A program made the translations under genes and the position numbers. A stretch of 64,000 nt of DNA. Source: Octopus bimaculoides (lineage: Eukaryota). This document shows positions 1 to 13,139 of this stretch, piece by piece. The stretch's first letter is position 1. Each line of letters starts with the position of its first letter. The notes beneath the pieces are model-generated. The model saw nothing but the letters and a program-made list of their open reading frames with translations, made no database searches and was not told where the DNA came from. The stretch is from assembly GCF_001194135.2 (NCBI RefSeq), contig NC_068982.1, positions 122,282,816 through 122,346,815 of the forward strand, read 5' to 3'.

Positions 1-245
1 ATGTGTGAGTGTATGTGAGAGCATATGTTTGTGTGAGTGTATGTGTGATTGTCAATTACGCTGATTATGTGAAAGCTATACTGGCATCAACTAATGAAAT
101 GGTTGATAAACTCAATCATGAACTTCTTCAAAAGTTAAGATACACTAGAAATGACTTTTTGATCAATTCACACAACAATACCCTGTTCAATTGCTGAACA
201 CACTTGAACCCACTGGGATGCCACCACACAAGTTGACACTAAAGC
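1..245 (+). mobile_element. Helitron PIF1-helicase fragment, duplicate of 973-1217
   Basis: ORF 9..197 is identical to ORF 981..1169 (offset 972); the copy ends at the 10-N gap. Confidence 0.8.
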
Positions 246-255
246 NNNNNNNNNN
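246..255. other. Assembly gap
   Basis: N run. Confidence 1.
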
Positions 256-264
256 ATATATATA

Positions 265-395
265 TATTCCATAACTGCCATCTCTGAAGAGCATAGGGTT
301 ACATAATCAAGTCGTTATCTAACACCCTGTTGAACTTCCTGGTGCAAAACCAATTTTTGCACACCAGACAAAATGATTAGTGGCACTTCTTGTGT
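265..395 (-). mobile_element. Possible Helitron Rep fragment
   Basis: Minus-strand EVPLIILSGVQKLVLHQEVQQGVR, then LCNPMLFRDGSYG in another frame; resembles the Helitron EVAA..DIVL..LQRI..YPLLF region. Degenerate. Confidence 0.35.
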
Positions 396-843
396 GTGTG
401 TTTGTGCATTTGTTAAGATGTTAGGCCTCAGAGAATTAAACACACACATACATACATCTACATATACATATACATATGTGGATGTATGTGAGTGTATGTG
501 ATAGTGTATGTGTGAGTATATATATATTTTTGTGATGATTGACATACACACACATGTGCACACGTCTAAAGAGAGAGAGAGAGAGAGTGTGTGTGTGTGT
601 AATGTACCACAAAAGTCTAGAATTGGTTCACATACACATCTCCACATACAAATACATATGTGATGGCTGACAAGTATATAATGAATATTGTTTACCCTGA
701 GGTGTGTGTGAATGTATGTCAGTGTATCTGTCTTAGTATATGTATGTGAGTGTGTGTTAGCGTGTATGTGTGTGTGAGTGTATGTGAGATAATTTTAATT
801 TTCATTTGGATTAAAACAATATAACACTTTATCTACACACATC

Positions 844-876
<33 letters not shown>

Positions 877-972
877 GTGATAACTGACAAGTATATAATG
901 AATATTGTTTACCCTGAGGTGTGCGTGAATGTATGTCCCTGTGTGTCTGTCTTAGTATATGTATGTAAGTGT

Positions 973-1793
973 ATGTGTGAGTGTATGTGAGAGCATATGT
1001 TTGTGTGAGTGTATGTGTGATTGTCAATTACGCTGATTATGTGAAAGCTATACTGGCATCAACTAATGAAATGGTTGATAAACTCAATCATGAACTTCTT
1101 CAAAAGTTAAGATACACTAGAAATGACTTTTTGATCAATTCACACAACAATACCCTGTTCAATTGCTGAACACACTTGAACCCACTGGGATGCCACCACA
1201 CAAGTTGACACTAAAGCTAGGTGCTCCCATTATGTTGCTTAGGAATCTTGACTCATCTCACCTGTGTAATCGAACTTGCTTAATTGATACTTCCATGAAG
1301 CCCCATGTCCTAGAGGCAACAATCATACCAGGTAGTCACAAAGGAGAAAATGTCTTTATTCCAAAATTTCCTCTCATATGTACAGATGTTCCATTTGAAT
1401 TTAAGATGCTTCAGTTTCCAGTCAAACTAAGTTTTGGTATTTCAATTAACAAATCTCAGGGTCAATACCTCAGGGTCAAGTTGGAGTTGATCTGTCTACT
1501 ACATGCTTCTCTCATGGCCAACTCTATGCTGGTTGCTCATGAGTTGGAAGTAGCAATAATTTATTTGTTTGGTCACCAAAAAAAATTACTCAATGAATGT
1601 TGTTTACCCTGAGGTGCTTGAAGATTGACAGATTTTCAGTTCTAAATTCTATTAGCATTACAATTTGGATATTTTAAAATAAAATACAGATATTTTGAAA
1701 TAATTATGAGAAAAAAATATATCTTCATATTTATTGTTTACTGATCTGAATAAGAACAATAGTAACCGTGGCAATGCCAGGACACGCAGCTAG
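973..1793 (+). mobile_element. Helitron 3' remnant (PIF1/RecD helicase C-terminus plus terminus)
   Basis: LNTLEPTGMPPHKLTLKLGAPIMLLRNLD...QFPVKLSFGISINKSQGQ (frameshifted) and NVVYPEV end; imperfect GC hairpin CCGTGGCAATGCCAGG at 1766-1781 followed by CTAG at 1790-1793. Confidence 0.92.
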
Positions 1794-1797
1794 TATG

Positions 1798-1802
<5 letters not shown>

Positions 1803-1852
<50 letters not shown>
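1803..1852. repeat. (CA)n microsatellite
   Basis: Direct read. Confidence 0.95.
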
Positions 1853-1856
<4 letters not shown>

Positions 1857-1859
1857 CTA

Positions 1860-2085
1860 TGTGTGTGTGTTTGTGTTTGTCCTCCATCACTGCTTGACAA
1901 CCAGTGTTGATGTATTTATGTCCCCATAACTTAGTAGTTCAGCAACATAGACCGATAGAATAAGTACTAGGCTTAAAAAGAAAAAAAGTACTAGAGTCAA
2001 TTCATTTGACTAAAAATTATTCAAGGTGGTGCCCCACCATGGCTACAGTCTAATGACTGAAACAAATAAAAGATAAAAGATAAAT
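1860..2085 (+). mobile_element. SINE 3' half, (AAAAGAT)n tail
   Basis: Matches the 3' half of the composite SINE at 37682-38092 and 21366-21759. Confidence 0.8.
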
Positions 2086-2544
2086 GGTAAAAAAATTCTA
2101 GTAATGATGTTAAATACATACCAAAAATGACTAGTCTGTCTTTAACCCTCTCGCATTTAAATTGGCCATATCTGGCCCAAATATACTACCTGTTTTATGT
2201 TCAAACTGGTCAGATCTGACTTCTCATACCAACCTAACAATGTCATTCTAAAAATACACTATCACATTATCAAAATCTCAAACATACAAGATAACATATG
2301 ATTAAGTCAAAACAATGTAAATAAATAAATATTACATATGACAATCTGAACGCTAAATCTATATACTTTTCTTTTTATAATTTTTTATTTCTTTTTTATT
2401 TGTTTCGGTCATTTGACTGTGGTCATGCTGGAGCACTAACTAAGTTGTTTATGTTTGTTTAATAGCAATGAAAATATGTATATAGAGTGAGAAACTAATC
2501 CATATGGATAATACAAAGTCGGATAGAAACATAGAAATAGCAGT

Positions 2545-2735
2545 TAAAATATTATCAAGCCTTCATAAACAGTTCCTCTGTAGAACTGCCACCACATGAA
2601 TTCATCTAAATAACCAGGAAACATTGTAGAGAAAATACTTATAATTAGACTTGAGTAATTTTTGTACAATTTATCCATATACATTCCACATTGTGTATTC
2701 CTCTAACAGGCTCAATGATGTTTGCATTTAAAGAC
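2545..2735 (-). mobile_element. Merlin (ISXO2/IS1595-like) transposase C-terminal fragment
   Basis: Minus-strand IIEPVRGIHNVECIW...YLDEFMWWQ; shares CCACATGAATTCRTCTAAAT with the element at 44.3 kb. Confidence 0.65.
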
Positions 2736-3771
2736 TGAAAACATTCAATAATGAAAATAAACTGATGAACCATGTTGTACCAAAGTGCTGAAATATATTA
2801 TTCTATATTTATTGAACAAAGTGTTAATAAATTATAAAAAAAGGCAAATAATATTGTCACATGTGATAACTTTGTTGCTACACAGTGGTCAGTTTATTAC
2901 TGATGATGTCACAGGAATGACAAATCCTTGTTCCTTCAGAGAGATTTTAAAAATTAAACTATGATCAATGTATTGTTTTTTATAACTTTTAATCCATGAT
3001 GACATGAAAGAAATCAATTCATAACTCTGCTTTTTCAGGAGGAAATGGGAAGACAAATATTTTTTACTAGTTTTAAAGAAAAGTGTGCTTGCCTGGTATC
3101 TTGGTATGCCCCAGTACTGAAGTGCATTTTAAGAAAATATACATAGAATACCACTGTTCAACCTGTCATAAAGATTGTAATGTTAAATATCAGGCTAGCA
3201 GTACCCTAAGAAAGACTAAAATACAAATAATTGAAAAATGAGTTGGTTGGTGAGCAAAAAAAAAAAAAAAACTTCAACAAAATTTATTTTACTTTCAGCA
3301 GCATTCTTCATTGTTGCCAAAGTGCTTGAAAAAAAAAAAAAAAAAGGAAAAGAAAAAAGTTGACAGTAGGAAGCAATGAAAACATACATGTTTGAGGCTA
3401 ACATGGTTTTGTTTCACAAATAAAGTAAATATTATATTTGCAATAAAATCATACCATCTTCAAGGAATACAGTTACAGAATACAAACTATGTTTCAAAAT
3501 GTACAATACAAAGTAAAATGTGATTTTGAAAACCAAAAAAATGAAGACTTCTTTTGTTACTTGGCAGTTTGTTGAGTTAAATGAGACTGTCAATTTCCCC
3601 CAGCTGAGTGATTTCTTCACACAAAAGGTTTTCTCAGCAAACATTAGAAAAGAGGTTTTTAAAATATCATTCCTCAAAAAGGGAAAATGCTTGATAAGGA
3701 TATTAAGTTTTTCAAGAACTTTGTTTGTGAAAATGATGCACCACTTTCAAAAATTAGTTTCAATGACAAGA

Positions 3772-4092
3772 GATAGGGGGAAGGTGTGTGGCTCAGTGGT
3801 TAGGGTATTTAGTTCATGATCATAAGGTCGTGAGTTTGATTCCTGGCAGCATGGTATGTCCTTGAAAATGACACTTCATTTTACATTGCTCCAGTCCACT
3901 CAAATGGCAAAAATGAGTAGTACCTGTATTTCAAAGGACCAACCTTGTCACATTCTGTGTCACACTGAATCTCCTTGAGAACTACGTTAAGGGTACATGT
4001 GCCTGTGGAGTGCTCAGCTACTTGCATGTTAATTTCCTGAGCAGGCTGTTCCATTGATCAGATCAACTGGAACACTCATTGTCATAACAGAG
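3772..4092 (+). mobile_element. tRNA-derived SINE (degenerate)
   Basis: Head GTGTGGCTCAGTGGTTAGGG...GAGTTTGATTCC with A/B-box-like motifs; 3' body homologous to the copy at 30602-30998. Confidence 0.8.
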
Positions 4093-6120
4093 TGTCAGTT
4101 CCAGGGAAGTGAGCTAGCAGAATTGTTCATATACCAAGCAAAATGCTTAGTGGCATTTAATCCATCTTAATGTTCTGAGTTCAAATTCCACCAAGGCTGA
4201 CTTTGCTTTTCATCCATTCAAGGTTTATAAGTACCAGCTGAGCAATGGGGAAGCAATGTTATTGACTTACTCCCTCCTCTGAAAATGTTGGACTTGTGCC
4301 AAAATTCAAGCCTAATCATAAGAGATACAATAAAAATATGTTTTGCTATTCTTTGTAAGAAGCTTGAGGTTTTTCTATCCTTCATTAGTTACCAGTTAAT
4401 CATTCCTCAACATTAGCACTTTAATAATTCATCAAGTTGATGCCATGTCAGGTGATCTCGTTGTATGCACAGAAGTCTGTTGATTAAGTAAAGACAAAGC
4501 AATATGAATTTTGTGATTTCTGTTGATTAGCTGATTTATCATTTTTGAATGATGTCACAATGAAACTTAATAATTCTGATCTCAAATAGCAAACAAAAAT
4601 GTTCAACATTTTCCAAGTTTAAAAACTGTTGTCAGATTTTAGAACAATAGATGGTTTCTGCTAACTTCCAGGATCAATTTTTAATTTTACTGTTGTTGCA
4701 GGTCCATCTACATTTATCTTGAACCTATTTATAAATGTATGAGTGCAAGACATTGCTCCCCAAACTATTCTTCTTTTCAAATGAAGCAAAATCCAAAATG
4801 ATTTGTTGTTAAAATGTCATATAGGAGACTTTTCAAGCCAGGATTTTTGATAATGATTTAAAAATTTATAAGGAGATCACAACTAATTGATGCCCATCTT
4901 ATTGACTGCATGAGAATGGTGTAAACAAAATATGAACCAGACACTCAAACTCTTGCCAAAGAAATGCAGTGTTAAGGATCTCATTAAAATATTTTAAAAG
5001 TCATCAGCATCACTGTCCTCCTCTTCCTCTTCCTCCTTGCTGCTGCCATTGTCATTGTTATCAGTTTACATTGGCTTTCCACACTGGTAAAGATTAGATG
5101 AGTTGACAAAACTCAAGTCAGTTTTTACTTAAATGAATAGGAGGATGATGTCTTACTTTTATGTTCCATTTTGATAATGGTTCCTGTATCTGGATGCCCT
5201 TCCTAATGCCAGTTGGGTATTAGATGAATTTTATCATGGCACCAGCACTAGAGAGGCTGTCATGTCTTCTCCAAGACTTAAGAGTCTTCTCTACATTGTC
5301 TCTACATCTTATATATGATTGTTTGTATACCTATATGACATTCTATCTGTAGCAATAATTTTTTTAAGTATATCAGTTTTTATATATTTTATGATGCCCA
5401 CAGTACTTTGTCAGTAAATGCCCCCCACACCTACTAAAGTTTGGACAATCCTAGTTCAATCAATAGGATGCTAGATGACCAACCAAAAAGATTTTAGTTT
5501 ATATCATATCACAAACCAACCACTGCAATGTGTTGAATGCAGATAATTCACTACAACATCTGAGTTCATCTAATTCTAAGAAGAAACTGTAGGAAAGTAT
5601 ATTTTACTGCTATAAATAGCATTATAATTTTAATAATTCATGGCTGATTCCTTAGTTTGCAGTGATCAGTTCAATTCATGCCATGTAAAAAACTACTTGC
5701 AACAGATCAGTGTCCTATGCAGAGGGAGGTTAACTCTGATTTGCTTTAACACATAAGAAACCAGATATAAAAGCTTGCACCAGCCTAAAGAATCCTTGTG
5801 ATTTAGAAAAGAATATTTTCCAAACATTTAGAACTTAAAACATCAGCTTGCATTTGTAAATTCAGTCGCAAGTTTTTTGGTGAAGTTTAGGTTGTCACGC
5901 TGAACAGGTTGAACCTCAAACTCCTTCATTTAACCCTAACAAATTAATTCATTCCAGTCCCCAACATTTGTAATTCTCAGTAGCTAGTCATTGTGTTGTA
6001 AATCTAAACAAAGCATTTTATAATCATGAGCAAAATAAATAAATGGAAACTATTGGTCTGCTGTGCTGGTAATCAAAGCTGCAAGATGAGATTAGCAAAA
6101 AAAGAATTCTTAATTTTTAC

Positions 6121-6243
6121 CTGCTGATGAATCTTCTTTTTTCTAGTTGTATAGCCTGTATTCTCTTTAAGGAGTGTATAGGGAGCCATAGTTTCAGACT
6201 CAACAACTGCATTTGATGAAGTTGAAATCCTCTGCATCAATAG
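6121..6243 (-). CDS. Internal coding exon (repeat unit 3) of unidentified minus-strand gene: LLMQRISTSSNAVVESETMAPYTLLKENTGYTTRKKKIHQQ
   Basis: Acceptor TTATATTTCTCATTAAAG, donor CAG|GTAAAA, 123 nt, open in phase 0; flanks homologous to the exons at 10895 and 17211. Confidence 0.8.
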
Positions 6244-7269
6244 CTTTAATGAGAAATATAACTAGTTACAAAAATATTCCACAACAAAGACACAACAAAA
6301 TAAGATTGAAAACTATATCTGTTTAGCCACCTTGAACTGAATAAATCCTCCAATAATCAAATTCACCTTAATTCTTATTGCAGTGGTTGTTATGTAGTGT
6401 GTGTGTGTGTGTGCACATGTGCATGCATGCATGTGTGTGTGTATGTGTGCATGCATATGTATGTACATACATACACACACACATACATACATACACACAC
6501 ACATACATACATATATCATTATCATCATCATCACTCTTTAACATCCATTTCCTATGCTGGCAGGGGTTGGATGGTTTGGCAGGAAGCAACAAGCCAGAAG
6601 ACTAAGCCATGCTCCAAATTCTCCTATGACATGGTTGCTGTGGTCAGATACCTTCCTTGATGCCAACCATTCTATATAGTGTGCAGGGTACATTTTCATG
6701 GCACTAGCACTGGTGAGATGATGAAATAACTCACAACAAAAGACATCTCAACTGAGTGGAGGTATATTATTGAGAGAGGTAGTGTTGAGAGTCTATAATA
6801 TGATAAACAGACAAGAACAGGAGTCTTGCTGCAGAGGAAGTACATGGCTTCCCCAGCTCGAAAGAGAGTAAAGAGATAGTGAGAGTATACCCTCAAGGTA
6901 TAAGGTGAATATAAAAGAAGGAATAGAGATAAAGGATCAAAAAGGGTGGGTGGATAGGTAAGTTTGAAAGAATGTAAAAGGAGAGTGACAAATGACTGGA
7001 GATGGGGATAAAGGTGAATGCAGTGAATGACCCCATGGGTGGAGGCATGGTTAATGGTGAATCAGTTTATGGGTAGGGGAGTGAAGGAACTAGGAGTAGG
7101 TCAGAGATGAGAAGGAGGTGATAAGTGAGATTATTAATGAGAAGATGTCAAGTGTAGGGAGATAAATGTTATCATTTAGAGCCTCTTAGTAAGATGACAG
7201 AGGAATAGGAGTTAGATGAGTTGTAGAGGAAGGATTGACAGGACCTAATTTTTTCTGAGATGGACAGAT

Positions 7270-10200
7270 CTTATCAAGCATATTGCCAATCATCTTGGTC
7301 CTTTGTTATCTCTTCTGTGAGGCTCCACATCTTGATGTTAGTCTTCACCACTTCATCACAAGTCTTTCTGGGTCTCCCTCTTTTATAGGTTCCATCCTTA
7401 TTTAGCAATCTGTACTTTTTATGCATCCACATCACATGGCCTTACCAGCAGTCTTCTCTCTTGTACACTATATCTGATGCATCTTATTTACAGTTTTTCT
7501 CTCAACATATTAACTTACAATGGCTTCCAACAGAATCATTTTGTTCAAAAGTCAGTTACAATGCTTTACTTGACTCATATACAAGCTACACTTCTTGTTA
7601 CTTGTCAGCTCTTGTTCCTAATTTAATAAAATTACAATGTTTTGTTTAAAAACGCCATCTGATATTCATTTACACATGCTTTTCAAAAGCACATTTAATG
7701 GGCTTTTTCACTAACACTTTCATACTTTAAATTAGTGACTGCTCTCCTGCTCTCACTAAATATTTGTACTTTGTTATACTTGCTCACTAATGTTGTATGT
7801 CCAGCAGATCATGCTAGCTTTATTTCTTTCTAGTTTAAATATGTCCTCTGCATTCACAGCTCAAGTTTCACAATTATGTAGCATTGCTGTTTATACACAA
7901 ACATCATACAATCTGGCTTTCACTCTGAGAGAGAAGCCTTTTGTAATCAACAGAAATAATTGCTCTCTGAACATTCTCCAGCTGGTTCTTTTTTAACAAT
8001 ACTTTCAGAACATTTTCTCCCCACTGCTAATTAAGTCTCCTAAGTAAAAGAAACTATCTACTACCTCTAAGAATCTTCTGGGGCATCCAAAAAAATATAT
8101 TTCGTATGTGTCCTTAATGTTTATTATTTCTATGCACCTGCTACAAACAAAGTCAACTTTCCCTGTTAACCATCCTGTTATTCCACTGCACTTCTTACAT
8201 GTTCATAGCTTGCACTGAGTACATTGTATGGAATTTCTACCAACACCTTTCTTTTATATTGAACAGGACTATTTGCTTGATTTGATTAGTGTCCTGTCAG
8301 TTTCCCTCCTTACTAGAAATTTAGACTAAAATATCTTTAAGGTCTTTTGATTCCAAGTTTTGCTTCCATACTTGGAACTTTGTCTCTAACTCTGCTACAG
8401 TTTAAACTATGAGAACAAGATCATCAGCAGAGAAGAATTTCTATAGGCTTAAATCTTCTCTGTTTTGGCCTGGAGAACTATAATGCATAGGAGGGAACTG
8501 AGAACCAAAGCCAGATGAACTTCTACCTGCACACTGAATTCATTACTGTGCTCATTGTTAATTCTCACCCTATTGACAGCACTCCTGTATATGGTTTGAA
8601 AGGCTCTTACCAGCCATTCATCAACTTATAACTTCCATTTGACCACCAGATCAGATATGATGGACTTTACTGAAGGCTTTCTTCCAGTCAACAAATACCA
8701 TCACTGTGTGTAGTGTATGTGTATGTGTGAAAGTGCTTGTACCTCCTTTGATAGATAGAAGGAAAATAGTTTCCTTATGGTTAAATATTTCTCCTGCAAT
8801 TACCTTACTAGAAAGAGTGCATCTGTAGTACTTCTCCCCAGCACAAAACAAAACTGCATCACATCTAGACTAACTCTCTTCCTATTAATTGTGCTATAAC
8901 TCTTTCTGCAACTTTCATGACTAAATCCAACAATTTGGTACCTTTATAATTACTTTTCTCTAAGGCCTCTCCTTTATCCTTATAACAGTTGACTATGATG
9001 CTGATACACCACTTGCTGGATATGATACCTTTTTTGAACAATCTGATTAACTATACAGGTTCTATAGGCTGAATTCCATTTTCATAGCTATTTTAAGCAT
9101 CTCAGAAGCTATTCTTGATGGACAAAAGGGTTTCCCTGTCTTCATATCTTTAATTGCTTTGTCTATCATACTGCTGTCAACTAGAATGGCTAGTCCCTCT
9201 ATCAGGTTCACATTAGAAAACCTCTCTTTTTACTATTCATTCTCCACATTTAACAACCTTTCATATTAGTCATTTCATGCCTCTTTCTATCGAAAATCAC
9301 AATATGTAAGCATATCATTATCCATCCATACACACTTCCCTCCACAACATGTTGATTTTCTCTGATACACTATCTTTCAATCTGGAACATCTCATGTCTC
9401 TAGTCCTAATGCCATAGAACATTGACAAACCTCTTGCTAATTAGACTTGTCTCTTAACTTCTCTTCTAGCTACCTTATATAATTCTCTACTGCCTCTATT
9501 CTCTTAATCTTTCCAAGCCAGTCTCTTCCCTGTTCCACCAACCACATCACTCTTAGTCTGTAGCACTTGGTAGGTTTTCCCATAATAACTTCCATTTATT
9601 CTCAGTTATACATCCGTGTCTCCTCTTCCTTGTCAAATACTTCAGTTAGAACATCTGTAAATGTCAGTTCAATAGATCTTTAGGTTTCCAAATCTTCCTT
9701 TTTCAAGTTGGTTTATGTCTCTGAATCCTTCTAGCTCTGAATCTGAAGTCAATAATCACCAATCCATGTTGAGTTGTACATTCTTCCCAACAGAAGGAAT
9801 TTGGATTCACAAGCATCTGTTGAGAATGTAGTTAATCAGGCTTGTGTGTCCAGCAGACTGATAGGTCATCAGGTGGCTGGCTGGTTTTCTGAAGTTAGTG
9901 TTGCAGATTATCAGATCATTTGCATCACAGAACTTCAACAGCTTTGTATTCTCCTCTAAAGCTGTAACATCCATGTACACCATAAAATCCATTGGGGTGC
10001 TGCCCAATGTGTCTGTTGAAGTCACCAGCTACAATAATAAGGCCACTGTCATTCATCATTGAGATAATTTGCAGAAGTACCTCACAGAAATGGTCCTTCT
10101 ATTTATCTGCCAAGCCAGATTGTGGAACATAGGCCAAGATAAATGTTACTGTAGCATTACCTAATATCAGTTTTAACTTAATCTTAAAAAACACTCTGAC

Positions 10201-10460
10201 TACTGTGATTACTTTCTCTGTCCATTTCTATGCCAGAGTATGCCTACACCACTCATGCCATCACTGCTACTTATCCAGAAAAACTTGTACCTATATTCCT
10301 TGTCCATAAGGTGGCTAGTAGAGGCTCCACTCCATCTTACTTCTTGTACACAGTGTACATATACATGCCTCTGTTTTAGCATTTCAACCATCTCACCAGA
10401 CCTACCTTTTGCTGTGCGAACATTGATTGTAGTGGCTGTAAGGATACGTTCTGAAGAGTG
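7270..10460 (-). mobile_element. RTE-clade LINE, long degenerate copy (APE endonuclease plus RT)
   Basis: CVQEVRW, FCDANDLIICNTNFRK, VFVDWKKAF, ADDLVLI and C-terminal GRPRKT motifs in order, with stops and frameshifts. Confidence 0.9.
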
Positions 10461-10894
10461 GGGAAGGTAACTGATAGATTATTTTCAGCTTCTGAAAAGA
10501 TTTTTGCAAACCACTACCAGCAGGATGTGAGTTCTTGCATCATATACATATAGAACATGGTGTAGTGTATGTGCTAGCTAATACCTGAAATAGTTCTAAT
10601 ATAATTGTTTCAAGCAGACATTAATTCATGCTTCAATGTCACAATATATTCATATATTTCAGCTTTTCTTTATATATTTCATCTGACCCTTCCTCTGAAT
10701 TTATTGTTGTTTGGTACCACGTGGTGAGTCTGATAAAATAGTGGGGCTGACTTAAAGTAATTGAGAGTCAATTTGATGGAAATCCAATCTACATGACTTT
10801 TACTAAATTCATGTAAATTCATGAATTAAAAACAAACAAGCTGGTGATCAAAGCAGCAAGAAGAGATTAAGAAAAGTGAATTTTACATTTTTAC

Positions 10895-11029
10895 CTGAGA
10901 ACTTTGTGTGCTTTGGCTAACAGCAGAAGCCTCTGGAGAAGGTTCAATTGTTTGAACTTTCCTTTCAAAAACGTCATCCTCATTATCAGCTGCATTAAAT
11001 GTAGATTTTGAAAGCTCTGAGGATAGATA
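10895..11029 (-). CDS. Internal coding exon (repeat unit 2): YLSSELSKSTFNAADNEDDVFERKVQTIEPSPEASAVSQSTQSSQ
   Basis: Acceptor TATATTTCTAATTTCAG, donor CAG|GTAAAA, 135 nt, open in phase 0. Confidence 0.82.
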
Positions 11030-11239
11030 CTGAAATTAGAAATATAGGGGATCCATAAGTTTTCAGATGATTTCAAAAAGTCATTATGAAAAACTTAGAA
11101 GAGGTGGCAACTGAAATTTCGTTGTATATTAATATGTTATTATTAAAGATTTTTAATGATATTAATAATTTTATTAATGTTATGTTTTATTATGTTTCAG
11201 ACCACAATTAATTTTGCTTTTATGTTTCTGACAATTACT

Positions 11240-12440
11240 ACTCCAAAAGTAAAGGCACAACGTGCATCTTGGTTAATCAAAACAAATTCAAACACAAAGA
11301 AATTACACAGTTAAATATGGAAAACAAGCTCCAGCACATCAGTCGATATGCAACTGACACAAGCAATTTATGGAAATAGGGATGGTGCTACATAAACAGA
11401 GGACTGGAAGGCCTATAACATCTGAAGAAGATGCTGAGTGAATCTGTCAGTCATTTCAAAGTTCCTCTTCTATGTCCATCTGTACTACTTCTACTCAACT
11501 GCATCTACTGAAATCAACAATTCATAAAGTGCTCCATAAGAATCTGAGGCTTTGAGATATACTGTGACTGCAAAGGCCCGACAAATAAAGTGAGTTCATG
11601 GTGTATCCTACACCAGCTTCACATAACCAGCCCCAGCCCATTCAAGTACCTTGGATCGTAGGGCTGTGCTTGAGGAGACCTTGAGTCATATACATCAACA
11701 CCAAAATAAAAATGAAATGGAAATTGTAGTTGTGATACCTGTGCCGGTAGCTGATGCCAGTGCCGCCTTGACTGGCTTCCGTGCCGGTGGGACGTAAAAA
11801 GCACCAACCGATCGTGGCTGTTGCCAGCCTCCTCCGGCTCCTGTGCCGGTGGCACATAAAAAGCACCCACTACACTCACAGAGGGGTTGGCATTAGGAAG
11901 GGCATCCAGCTGTAGAAACACTGCCAGATCAGACTGGAGCTTGGTGCAGCCTCCGGTCAAACCGTCAAACCCATGCTAGCATGGAAAACGGATGTTAAAC
12001 AATGATGATGATGATGATGATATTGCAAGCAATTAAGGTAAATGACCAACTGCAATGGAAAGAATTTGCTGTTAAAATTCTGCAAACAATTCAAAGAAGA
12101 TGATTTCTTTAATTGCATTTGCTTCCATGCGTCTGGAAAAACTTAAACAAAATGCAAGAATTTGAGGATCAGAAAATACCCACATTACTAGGGAAATCAA
12201 ACATAACATGTGTGGTGCAGGATTTTGTGCAACAAAGGTATTGGTCCATTTTTCTTTTTGGAAAAGACAATAACAGCTGATACATACCTTAATGTTCTAA
12301 AATAATACACTGTGCCACAACTAGAAGAGCTCCATCCAAATGTCATCCTTCTGCAAGATGGAGCTCCCCTCAGATTTTTAAATGAAAGGTTTCCAGATTG
12401 CTGGATAGGAAAAGGTGGCCTGATTCCTTGGCAAGTGTGG
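11240..12440 (+). mobile_element. Tc1/mariner-superfamily transposase remnant (DUF4817-type N-terminal HTH), interrupted by an RTE 3' end
   Basis: VKYGKQAPAHQSICN.HKQFMEIG..HKQRTGRP, then after the insertion LQAIKVNDQLQWKEFAVKIL...LQDGAP...FLNERFPDCWIGKGGLIPW. Confidence 0.75.
11600..12022 (+). mobile_element. RTE LINE 3' UTR-type element ending in (GAT)n
   Basis: GGCACATAAAAAGCACC-type internal repeats, TTAGGAAGGGCATCCAGC core, CCATGCTAGCATGG...GATGATGAT tail. Confidence 0.8.
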
Positions 12441-12479
12441 AAGGATCTCGGATCAATTCAAATGAAATGAACAACTACC

Positions 12480-12700
12480 CTTGGCAGTGTCTCTCTTAAT
12501 TTCTTCTCTCTCTTGTTATGAATTTGCTGCACTGTGTCCTATACCTGACAAGAGCAACCCCACTGACACTGCCAATTATTGACCTGTTACTCTCAATTCC
12601 AATATCTCAAAGATGATAGAAACAGTCATCAACACACACATTCTCCAATACTTTGGCATGCAAAACCTATTAGCTGCAAATAAGCCACCTCACTCTAACA
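12480..12700 (+). mobile_element. CR1/Jockey-like RT fragment
   Basis: Reads as NPTDTANY.PVTLNSNISKMIETVINTHILQY (RT N-terminal region). Confidence 0.6.
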
Positions 12701-13139
12701 GAAGCTTTTTGTTAGATCACTGACCACTTCCCAGCACCTACACCATCATCCACACGCCTACACATGCACACATGCACACGTCAATGTCACCAGCACCCTT
12801 CCACATGCACACACATGCTCTCACATACACACGCACGCGCACCTTCATTTTTGGATCACCACTACTTTATTATCTCCCCTTGTTCCTAGTTCTTCTGTGT
12901 GACCCCTCTGTCTGGCATTTGCCATGATAGATCGCTAGCCACTACACCTTTTTCTATTTTCTCTCCCAGTTTATTTCTGTGTTCCTTTCTGTCAAAGAGC
13001 GTAGGCTTGAAACATAAAAGACTTTCTCACTTCCCTAGCATTAAACTAATACATCTGTTTGTTATTCACACACTCATCTTTGTCTTTTTTTTTTTTTTGT
13101 AAATTCTCACTAAACATAAATATAACTACATCAAATGTA

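Noticed and set aside
1-245. Exact 245-bp duplicate of 973-1217 as a biological duplication
   Set aside because: Ends precisely at a 10-N gap; likely a scaffolding overlap or haplotig artefact.
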